In this document: one piece after another, positions 8,524-15,363 of the stretch
Layout of the letters: each line of letters starts with the position of its first letter
How positions within the stretch are numbered: position 1 is the stretch's first letter
Origin: a virus
Lineage: Duplodnaviria > Caudoviricetes
Reading direction: 5' to 3' (one strand)
Virus record (IMG/VR): IMGVR_UViG_3300033417_000033
Location: 1 to 37,157 of that record
Length of the DNA: 37,157 bases
Made by a program: the position numbers and the translations under genes
Notes under the pieces: model-generated
What the model was told of the DNA's origin: nothing
Databases searched by the model: none
The model's input: only the letters and a program-made list of their open reading frames with translations

Positions 8524-10418
8524 ACGCAGCAGCCGCATACGCCAGCCGAACACTCGGACGCTTCGTCCCAGATGAAGGGCCACTTGATGCACCTATACTC
8601 GTAATCGGTGATGTACCGTGGACACAAGAGGCGAATCTGGGCAGGCCGTTCGCCGGGCAGGCAGGTAAACAGCAGGATATCTGGTGGCGGGAGGTCGGAC
8701 TTGAGCGTAGCAAGATGCGCCTGATCAATCTCTATCCGTATCAGCCCGCCCGGAATGATGTAGAGAGTGTTCCAATCGGCGAGTTGGTGCCTTGGATCTC
8801 AAAATTGCATGAGCGGATTGCGGAAATGCCCGGGCTACGTGTAATCGTCACGCTTGGCAACTACGCTACGTTTGCACTCACCGGCAAAGGACAGGTAAAG
8901 GCAGCGGTCAGGCAGGTTTTCTCACCCGGTGAAGCAACGGTGATCGAGAAGAAGGCGGGCATCTCAAAATTGCGAGGATCTGTTTACCGGTATCGGGATC
9001 TCCGCGGGAGAGAGATAATCGTAGTGCCGATCACGCACCCATCGACAGTAATGTGCATGCAGAAGTGGGAGAAGCGCACAGTTCGGGATTGGCAGCGGGT
9101 GGCGCGGATACTGCGAGTTGGCCAGGTGCCGATTGAGCGCCGTCATATCGTAAGTCCCGATGAGTGGCAGGTAGCGGACTTCGCGAGGATGGTGGAAGCG
9201 AATGCAGGGGATATCGCTATGGCCACGGACATTGAAACGTGGGGCAGTCAGCTATCATGTGTCGGATTTGCACTCTCGCCTACTGAGTCGATTACAATTC
9301 CGCTTATTGGCCGGGCAAAAGATGTGATGATGCCGTATGTGAAAAGGCTATGTGAGTCGGCAGCCCCTAAGATATTATGTAATGGAATGTATGATGCCTA
9401 TTGGCTGGCCTGGTACGGAATATGGCTGGCGAATTTCACCTGGGACGTGCAACTGATGCACCATGCGATTGATCCGGCGGAGTCGCACAGCTTGGACTTT
9501 CTCGCCTCGATCTATTGCGACGACTACCGTTATTGGAAAGACGAAGGCAAAGATGGCGAGGAGGTGATCCGCTATAGTGATGAACTTGAAGCTCTATGGG
9601 TATATAACGGCCTGGATTGTTGTTATACGAGAGAGTTGCTCGATTGCATTTATGGAGATTTGTATCAGCAGGGGTTGGTGGATTTCTACTTCCGGCATTA
9701 TCAGGCGCTGCTTGATCCGCTGCTTAGAACAAGCCTGCACGGATTCCGGGTGGATAAGAAGGCGCAGAAAAGTTGGGCGAAACAACTTCGGGGGGAGCTT
9801 GAGGAGATACATGGGCAGCTTGTTGCAGCGGCAGGGGAGGAGTTGTTCGCGGAAGAGGAGAGGTGCGCATTAAGGGAGCCGACTACTGCCGAGTGGCAGT
9901 GCTTACTGGTGCCGGATATGAATGGGAAGTTGCCGGGTGTTGAGGTAGCGAATCCTCCGATAGCGAAACAGATAAGTAAGGAGGGGAGGGCAGCTCTGAT
10001 GACAAGCGGCCTCACGTATATGATAGGTGGGCAGAATGCTGGGAAGATTCGTTTCAAAGTGCGCTCGACCAAAAAGGATTTCAGCAAGGATAAGTTGATA
10101 CGGTTTTTCTATGAGACGCTCGGTCTTCCAAAGCAATTCAAGCTGTCGAAGGGGGTAGGCGGGAAAAAGCGCACTGTCTCACTGGATGAGGGTTCGATTC
10201 GTAAAATGACCGCAAAATGGCCGGATAAGATTGGCAATTGGGGGAATTTGCTATTGGCGTATCGAGAGAAGAAGAAGGAGCTTGACTACCTGAAAGGGTC
10301 GTATGACGGGGATGGGCGGATTCGTTGTAGCTATAAGATGTTGACTGAGGCGGGGCGGCTTTCGAGTAGTACGAATCCGCGTAGGACTGGTTACAATTTA
10401 CAAAACATAAAACGTTGA
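8520..10418 (+). CDS. polA: family A DNA polymerase, N-terminal part: UDG-like domain, 3'-5' exonuclease, thumb
   Basis: UDG motifs 'VIGDVPW..E...GRPFAGQAG' and 'THPS'. Exo I 'TDIET', Exo II 'NGMYD', Exo III 'YNGLD'. Ends 'GRLSSS..P....NLQNIKR*' before polymerase motif A. Confidence 0.9.
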   Translation: MNAAAAYASRTLGRFVPDEGPLDAPILVIGDVPWTQEANLGRPFAGQAGKQQDIWWREVGLERSKMRLINLYPYQPARNDVESVPIGELVPWISKLHERIAEMPGLRVIVTLGNYATFALTGKGQVKAAVRQVFSPGEATVIEKKAGISKLRGSVYRYRDLRGREIIVVPITHPSTVMCMQKWEKRTVRDWQRVARILRVGQVPIERRHIVSPDEWQVADFARMVEANAGDIAMATDIETWGSQLSCVGFALSPTESITIPLIGRAKDVMMPYVKRLCESAAPKILCNGMYDAYWLAWYGIWLANFTWDVQLMHHAIDPAESHSLDFLASIYCDDYRYWKDEGKDGEEVIRYSDELEALWVYNGLDCCYTRELLDCIYGDLYQQGLVDFYFRHYQALLDPLLRTSLHGFRVDKKAQKSWAKQLRGELEEIHGQLVAAAGEELFAEEERCALREPTTAEWQCLLVPDMNGKLPGVEVANPPIAKQISKEGRAALMTSGLTYMIGGQNAGKIRFKVRSTKKDFSKDKLIRFFYETLGLPKQFKLSKGVGGKKRTVSLDEGSIRKMTAKWPDKIGNWGNLLLAYREKKKELDYLKGSYDGDGRIRCSYKMLTEAGRLSSSTNPRRTGYNLQNIKR

Positions 10419-10433
10419 AATCATTAGATAAAA

Positions 10434-11165
10434 ATGCAATACCCCACCCAAATACTTATACCTGAGTTGATCCCGCGCAGTAGCTGGTTTTCGAACTTGC
10501 GCTCTCTCCTCTCGCAAGAGCAATGGGACATCATTCGAAAAGACAGCTACCGTGCGGCAGGCTACCGCTGTGAAATCTGCTGTGGGAAGGGGGAAAAGTG
10601 GCCTGTCGAATGCCACGAGCGGTGGGCGTTTGATGACGCGACGGGCATCCAATATCTGGAGGGGGTAATCGCGCTGTGTCCAATGTGCCATAAGGTGAAG
10701 CATATCGGGCTGGCTGAGACGAGGGGGGAGGGGACAGCGGCAATTGCTTGGATGGCTCGGGTGAATGGTTGGCCTTCTGAGGTGGCGAAGGCTGCGAGAG
10801 ATGGGGCATTTGTGCAGTGGGAAGAGCGCTCGCGGAGGAAGTGGCAGATTGATTATAGTCGAGCACCCTTTGTGATCCAGCAACTTGTGCGGGCGGTGGT
10901 GGATAGTACGCGGCAGCCTGCGCTTAAGGTACCGCCTGTGCCGGTGTCGAAAAGTAAACAATTGTTGCGAAAGATGCAGGCAGAGCGGATAAAGCAAAAG
11001 CAAGCAGATGACGGGCGACGTGAACTTGAAATGATCGAGCGATTGAGGATTACGAAGCAGACGGAAGCAACCGAAAGAATAGCTTATGATTCTGCGAAGT
11101 TCAAAACAAAAAAGTATTTGAGCAAAAACAAGCAAAAGCACCGATTCGCCAAATTCGCAAATTAA
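10434..11165 (+). CDS. HNH endonuclease
   Basis: 'ELIPRSSWFSNLRS', 'RCEIC', 'ECHERW', 'LCPMCHKVKH'; basic C-terminal extension. Confidence 0.8.
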   Translation: MQYPTQILIPELIPRSSWFSNLRSLLSQEQWDIIRKDSYRAAGYRCEICCGKGEKWPVECHERWAFDDATGIQYLEGVIALCPMCHKVKHIGLAETRGEGTAAIAWMARVNGWPSEVAKAARDGAFVQWEERSRRKWQIDYSRAPFVIQQLVRAVVDSTRQPALKVPPVPVSKSKQLLRKMQAERIKQKQADDGRRELEMIERLRITKQTEATERIAYDSAKFKTKKYLSKNKQKHRFAKFAN

Positions 11166-11201
11166 GGTTGGAAGATTAGATATTAGATTGAGGTTGGGAA
11201 G

Positions 11202-11292
11202 GTGTAACGACAAGGGTGAGCAGACCGGGCCACCTAAACATGAATAAAAAAATCAGGCGGTTCCCCGGTTCTGCTCTACCCGCTTGTTATGT
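11202..11292 (-). other. attC-like recombination site 1 (91 bp)
   Basis: Minus strand: ACATAAC-AAGCG-GGT[A]GAGC-AG[A]ACCGGG...CCCGGTCT-GCTCACC-CTTGTC-GTTACAC. Matches R''-5-L''...L'-6-R' with two unpaired bases. Confidence 0.85.
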
Positions 11293-11644
11293 GCTTTTGC
11301 ACGGAGGTCATTTATGGGAATTGATTATGATGGTGGGATGATTGTTGGTGAAATAGGCAGCAGATTGGGCTCTGTCGATGCTCCTGATGGACTGTCGGAA
11401 TGGGCAGAAGATAACGACATGAAAACCATGGCGATGCACTATGATGCTGATTCTGATTGGTGCTATTACGGATTTGAGGTGCCTAATGTCCTTGTCAGCG
11501 AGATAGACCAGGCGTGGCTTGATAATCTAAGAGCCAAAGCGGCCAAATTTGAAGAATTGACAAAAATCCCGGCTAAACTGGTTGGGACGCAAAACATTTG
11601 GTAGCACATAACGACAAGGGTGAGCAGACCGGGCCACCTAAACA
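11205..11644 (+). repeat. 36-bp perfect direct repeat (11205-11240 and 11609-11644); the second copy is an attC half-site
   Basis: TAACGACAAGGGTGAGCAGACCGGGCCACCTAAACA occurs twice. Confidence 0.95.
11314..11604 (+). CDS. cassette ORF, hypothetical protein
   Basis: GGAGG at 11303 and ATG at 11314; the stop abuts GCACATAAC. Confidence 0.8.
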   Translation: MGIDYDGGMIVGEIGSRLGSVDAPDGLSEWAEDNDMKTMAMHYDADSDWCYYGFEVPNVLVSEIDQAWLDNLRAKAAKFEELTKIPAKLVGTQNIW

Positions 11645-11656
11645 CAGGAGGTTGGT

Positions 11657-12007
11657 TTGGCGACATATAGATACCCGATTGTTCCAATAGACGATGACCT
11701 GCAACAGCTTGATATGGATGACATTAACAGCTTTGGAAAAGGTGAGGTCTGCCAGTATTTGAATGAAGTGCTTGAACACTACGGACCTCCTTGTGAGTTT
11801 TGTCGTCATTTCGATATGTTTTGCGAGCTAAAAATCAGGAACATAAAATACGATCTACGGATTGGGCCTTACGAGTCATGGCACATCAGAAAGTTTTGCG
11901 AAAAACACGAGGGCATAGATAACAGTGAGCAGCAGGACGAAGAGCGGTCGCGGATGCTGCGGAACCAATTAAACTGCGATGCTCAGACATACGGTTCAGG
12001 CTCATAG
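11657..12007 (+). CDS. cassette ORF, Cys-containing hypothetical protein
   Basis: AGGAGG at 11646, TTG start; 'CEFCRHF..FC'. Confidence 0.65.
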   Translation: MATYRYPIVPIDDDLQQLDMDDINSFGKGEVCQYLNEVLEHYGPPCEFCRHFDMFCELKIRNIKYDLRIGPYESWHIRKFCEKHEGIDNSEQQDEERSRMLRNQLNCDAQTYGSGS

Positions 12008-12011
12008 AGCA

Positions 12012-12087
12012 ATACAACGGCTGAATTAACCGGCGCGCGTTAGCGCGTCCGAGCGAGGAACGAGCGATGTTGAATGATTTGTTAGCT
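12012..12087 (-). other. attC-like recombination site (76 bp)
   Basis: Minus strand: AGCTAAC-AAATC-ATT[C]AAC...GG[A]CGCGC-TAAC-GCGCGCC-GGTTAAT-TCAGCC-GTTGTAT, with an extra insert of about 17 nt in one arm. Confidence 0.8.
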
Positions 12088-12279
12088 ACCGAGTGCCCGG
12101 AATGTGGCAGCACTGATACGGAATGGCACTGCACACAAACGACACGCAGCGGAGTTGTGGACGGTCGCCTGAGGCTGAACGAAGTAACCACGCTGTTTTT
12201 CTGTGGCTGCAATGAGTGCTCCGAAACCATTAAAACGGTGAGCGGTGACGAGCTGGCCGCAATAATGACAGGCAGCTAA
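12067..12279 (+). CDS. cassette ORF, Zn-ribbon hypothetical protein
   Basis: 'CPECGS...CNECSET'. The start lies inside the attC and the TAA stop lies inside AGCTAAC. Confidence 0.75.
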   Translation: MLNDLLATECPECGSTDTEWHCTQTTRSGVVDGRLRLNEVTTLFFCGCNECSETIKTVSGDELAAIMTGS

Positions 12280-12360
12280 CGCCGTTTTAACCAGCCGCGC
12301 CACAATGCGGCTATGAAAACCGGAACCGTTCGCGCGGTCTGGTTGAAAAATTTGTTATGT
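12274..12360 (-). other. attC-like recombination site (87 bp)
   Basis: Minus strand: ACATAAC-AAATT-TTT[C]AACC-AG[A]CCGCGC...GCGCGGCT-GGTTAAA-ACGGC-GTTAGCT. Both unpaired bases have the canonical position and identity. Confidence 0.88.
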
Positions 12361-12368
12361 GATTTTTT

Positions 12369-12716
12369 ATGATTACACAAATTGCTGACCACATGGCCCT
12401 GGTATGTCGCTGCGGCTGTGTCGGCTTTAATCTCCTCCGGTCAGTGCGTATAGAGTGCGAGGGCTGCGGGGAACAAAAAAACATGAGGTGGACAATGAAA
12501 ACGCTTGAAGGTTTGTTGAGAATGACGGTGCCCGCGAAAGACAAAGACGGCAATGATATCCAGATTACCCCGGAATTTCGGTTGTCTGTGCAGGAGACAA
12601 AAGCGATGGTCAACGGTGAGCCTGGAGTGAGAATTATCATCCACGCCGATGGCTATAATAGCGACACCCTGGATTATGTTGTTTCTGGCGATGAACTTTT
12701 GTCCTTAAACATATAA
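12369..12716 (+). CDS. cassette ORF, hypothetical (internal RBS + ATG near 12495 suggests two fused modules)
   Basis: N-terminal CxCGC...CxxC, then GAGGTGG-aca-ATG. Stop lies inside ATATAAC. Confidence 0.7.
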   Translation: MITQIADHMALVCRCGCVGFNLLRSVRIECEGCGEQKNMRWTMKTLEGLLRMTVPAKDKDGNDIQITPEFRLSVQETKAMVNGEPGVRIIIHADGYNSDTLDYVVSGDELLSLNI

Positions 12717-12863
12717 CGATGAAGCTCACCTGAACGACTATTGGTGGAAAAAGTTCGAAGCGGCCATGAAAGACACATAACATAGCAATATACGGCTGGC
12801 CACCGGGCTTGCCGAAACCACGCGGACGTTGTCCTGTCCGTTTAACTGGAGGATAGGTGATTT

Positions 12864-13058
12864 ATGAAAATAATAATCGTAGATAACTTTGATAGAGAGT
12901 CTTCTTCAGATACTCTTGTGGCAGAAAATATTAATAAATACTGGGGAGAAAAAGTCGTGGATTTTCTGAATAATAAATTCTCAGGTGATGACTCCCCTAG
13001 CTACTTCAAACTGGTTGAAGACGGTCACAAGCTATACATTTTTGAGCCTTACACTTGA
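12864..13058 (+). CDS. hypothetical phage protein
   Basis: GGAGG/AGGT RBS, 64 aa, AT-rich. Confidence 0.75.
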   Translation: MKIIIVDNFDRESSSDTLVAENINKYWGEKVVDFLNNKFSGDDSPSYFKLVEDGHKLYIFEPYT

Positions 13059-13064
13059 ACAACG

Positions 13065-13130
13065 GTGTTCGGCGGCCCAACGACTACTATTGAACGTATT
13101 AAAGCGGGTAAAACATGGCAACACATTTAA
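13065..13130 (+). pseudogene. C-terminal remnant of an HNH homing-endonuclease-type HTH
   Basis: Translates VFGGPTTTIERIKAGKTWQHI*, like the FGVS..TI..IK.GKTW.HI ends of phage HNH proteins. Overlaps the start of polA part 2. Confidence 0.55.
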
Positions 13131-13981
13131 AGAGTATTCGTGAGACGTTTTTACCCGATGAGGGGTGCGTATTCGTCCGGTGTGATCTTCAGCAAGCAGA
13201 GCACAGAATGGGCTTGATGTATTGCGGGACTCCGCGTATGCTTACCCATGTCAATACGAATGGCGCAGATTATGATTGCTTCACTGAGGAGATTGAGCCG
13301 ATTTTTGGCATAAATCCGCGTGCTGTGGATAAGGCGAAATTTAAGCAGATGCGCTACCTTACGAAGAAGATATTCCATGCGAGCTGGCGTTCAATGGCGG
13401 GGAATAAGATGTCCGAGTCGGTCAGTAAGGACACAGAAGGGCAGCTATTCATTAGCGCGAAGGAATGCCAACGCCTTATTGACACCTACTTGAAGAAGAA
13501 CCCAGAAATCACACAGATCTACATGCCGATGGTGCGGGAGCGGATTCGCTCAGTAGGGGTGCTAGAGACGAGCTGGGGTAGGCGGATTGACCTGAGAAGG
13601 CGTCGAATTGACGATGACCTTTATCGGATCGGGTATAGCTTTTACCTTCAGGCAGAAGTGGCCGATTGGACGAATCAATACGGCCTCATACCTGCTACCT
13701 ATTATATGCTCGGCAAGTACGAAAAACCTTGCAATGCTCAGGTGCATGATGAGATAATCGTGAGTGTGCCGATTGCGGATTCCTTTGACTATGCCATCTT
13801 CATCACCCTGGCCATGCAGCAGAGGCGGGAGATTCCAGCGGGGTCTGGGAATTGGCTGACGATTCCAGCCGGGGTGACAGTGGGGCGAAATTGGGGAGAT
13901 CCGAAGGGGGTGGAGTTTAAAAGGATGCCATCGAGGGATGAGTTCTATAATCAATTAAGAAAGGGGGGATTCAAATGCTGA
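13115..13981 (+). CDS. polA: family A DNA polymerase, C-terminal catalytic part
   Basis: 'IRETFLP', motif A 'DLQQAEHR', motif B 'RYLTKKIFHASW', 'TSWGRR', 'LQAEVAD', motif C 'QVHDEII'. Confidence 0.92.
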   Translation: MATHLKSIRETFLPDEGCVFVRCDLQQAEHRMGLMYCGTPRMLTHVNTNGADYDCFTEEIEPIFGINPRAVDKAKFKQMRYLTKKIFHASWRSMAGNKMSESVSKDTEGQLFISAKECQRLIDTYLKKNPEITQIYMPMVRERIRSVGVLETSWGRRIDLRRRRIDDDLYRIGYSFYLQAEVADWTNQYGLIPATYYMLGKYEKPCNAQVHDEIIVSVPIADSFDYAIFITLAMQQRREIPAGSGNWLTIPAGVTVGRNWGDPKGVEFKRMPSRDEFYNQLRKGGFKC

Positions 13982-14088
13982 TATTCTTACTTGGTCTGCT
14001 TGTTCTTGGAGTGCAGTTCGGCCCGGTGTGCAGTATTGAAGTGTTCATCCTGTGGGTTATTACTAACTTAATATGTAGGGAGAGCTGA
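13975..14088 (+). CDS. small membrane protein (37 aa)
   Basis: MLIFLLGLLVLGVQFGPVCSIEVFILWVITNLICRES*; overlaps the polA stop. Confidence 0.45.
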   Translation: MLIFLLGLLVLGVQFGPVCSIEVFILWVITNLICRES

Positions 14089-14090
14089 AA

Positions 14091-14264
14091 ATGCTGATGA
14101 GCGAGATTGAAGAGGAGAGGGAAGTGGATGAGAGTGGTAAGGTATTGCGATGCGGCGAGTGTTCGAAGAGTAAAGCGATAGGTGATATGGGGTTTATTGA
14201 GTGCTATCGAAATAAGCTAATCAGGCATAAAAATTCATTCTGTCAGATTGGGGAGGGCCAGTAG
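14091..14264 (+). CDS. small Cys-rich protein (57 aa)
   Basis: Read manually; 'CGECSK...C.......FC'. Fills the gap between neighbouring genes. Confidence 0.5.
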   Translation: MLMSEIEEEREVDESGKVLRCGECSKSKAIGDMGFIECYRNKLIRHKNSFCQIGEGQ

Positions 14265-14265
14265 G

Positions 14266-14580
14266 ATGAGCGCCACTAAAAGATATGATATAAAAAAAGC
14301 CCTATCTCGTTTCACCCCGGAAGAACAAGGCTCCCTTCAGGCGATGGCGACTATGAGAGTCGAGCATGGTGTGATGCAAAAGCAGCTCGCGGAGTTGAAG
14401 GGGGCGTATGACTCGCTATATGCTGTGATGGTGACACTGCTCGATGCGATGCCGGATAAAGAGATCCGACTCCATGCGAGTCAGCTGCTCAGGTTCAAGG
14501 CGGAATATCGAGTGGATCAGAAGAGGGAAGGGGAAGAATTTGTACTTCGGTTGCTTACTTTGAACGATGAGGTGGGGTAG
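14266..14580 (+). CDS. hypothetical protein
   Basis: ATG at 14266 after GGAGG; helical. Confidence 0.7.
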   Translation: MSATKRYDIKKALSRFTPEEQGSLQAMATMRVEHGVMQKQLAELKGAYDSLYAVMVTLLDAMPDKEIRLHASQLLRFKAEYRVDQKREGEEFVLRLLTLNDEVG

Positions 14581-15362
14581 TGATAGCTCGTCAGAGTTTT
14601 AGCCCGGTATTACTTCAAGGAGATTGCCTAGAGCTGATGAAGTATATTGAAAGTGACTCAGTAGACATGATACTGACTGACCCGCCCTACGGAACCACGG
14701 CCTGCAAATGGGATTCGGTTATCCCGCTTGAACCAATGTGGGAACAACTGAAGAGGATCATTAAGCCGAACGGGGCCATTGTAATGACGGCCAGCCAGCC
14801 GTTTACCTCGGTGCTAGTGTGCAGCAACTTGCCCATGTTCAAATACTCGTGGGTATGGAAAAAGACAAGACCCGGAGGCTTTGTGTCGGCAAAGCTAAAA
14901 CCGCTGAAAGATGTAGAGGATGTGTGCGTCTTTTCTGAGGGGGCAACGGCAAACGGAAGCAAAAGAAACATGCCCTACTACCCACAAGGGGTTAAGCAAG
15001 GAATACCGTGGAAGCGCCCAAAGAAATATGCAGGGAGCGAAGGGGTAAGTTACACCAGGGAATCGCACGCGCTTGAGAGAACGACCACCGGCTCAAACTA
15101 CCCCAGGGAGATTATAGAGTTTGCAAACCCCAACTCCGATGTGTTGCACCCGACACAAAAACCCGTAGCCTTGATGGAATACCTAATTAAGACTTACACC
15201 AATCAGGGAGACACGGTGCTTGATTTTACAATGGGCAGCGGCACAACCGGAGTAGCTTGCAGGAACCTGGGCCGGAACTTCATTGGCATTGAGCTCGATG
15301 AGCAATATTTTCAAATAGCAACTAAACGCCTACTAACAATCAACGATGAGATAGGAAGATGA
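14580..15362 (+). CDS. DNA N6-adenine/N4-cytosine methyltransferase (beta class), orphan
   Basis: 'GDCLELM', 'TDPPYG', 'HPTQKP', 'LDFTMGSGTTG'. Confidence 0.95.
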   Translation: MIARQSFSPVLLQGDCLELMKYIESDSVDMILTDPPYGTTACKWDSVIPLEPMWEQLKRIIKPNGAIVMTASQPFTSVLVCSNLPMFKYSWVWKKTRPGGFVSAKLKPLKDVEDVCVFSEGATANGSKRNMPYYPQGVKQGIPWKRPKKYAGSEGVSYTRESHALERTTTGSNYPREIIEFANPNSDVLHPTQKPVALMEYLIKTYTNQGDTVLDFTMGSGTTGVACRNLGRNFIGIELDEQYFQIATKRLLTINDEIGR

Positions 15363-15363
15363 A

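Larger units (their letters stand above)
11202..13063. mobile_element. integron-like gene cassette array lacking an integrase in the window (CALIN-like)
   Basis: Small ORFs separated by AAC...GTT-bounded imperfect inverted repeats. Cassette ends are complementary (GTTATGTGC/GCACATAAC; GTTAGCT/AGCTAAC). Confidence 0.8.

Noticed and set aside
9850-10080. Insertion of about 75 aa in the polymerase thumb as a mini-intein
   Set aside because: No His-Asn followed by Cys/Ser/Thr end and no intein block motifs.
11205-11644. 36-bp direct repeat as a CRISPR array, given the Cas4-like gene
   Set aside because: Only two copies, 404 bp apart with a gene between them; the repeat is an attC arm. The Cas4-like nuclease is a common stand-alone phage gene.
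10419-13114. Group I/II intron interrupting polA
   Set aside because: No recognisable catalytic core or reverse transcriptase, and the space is filled by ORFs and attC sites. Not fully excluded without a covariance search.
10402-13116. AAAACAT at both polA breakpoints (10402-10408, 13110-13116) would fuse the halves in frame (NLQNMATHLK)
   Set aside because: Only 7 AT-rich bases. The same heptamer also occurs at 11591, and the second copy is explained by the KTW codons of the HNH relic. Too weak to claim excision or ribosomal hopping.
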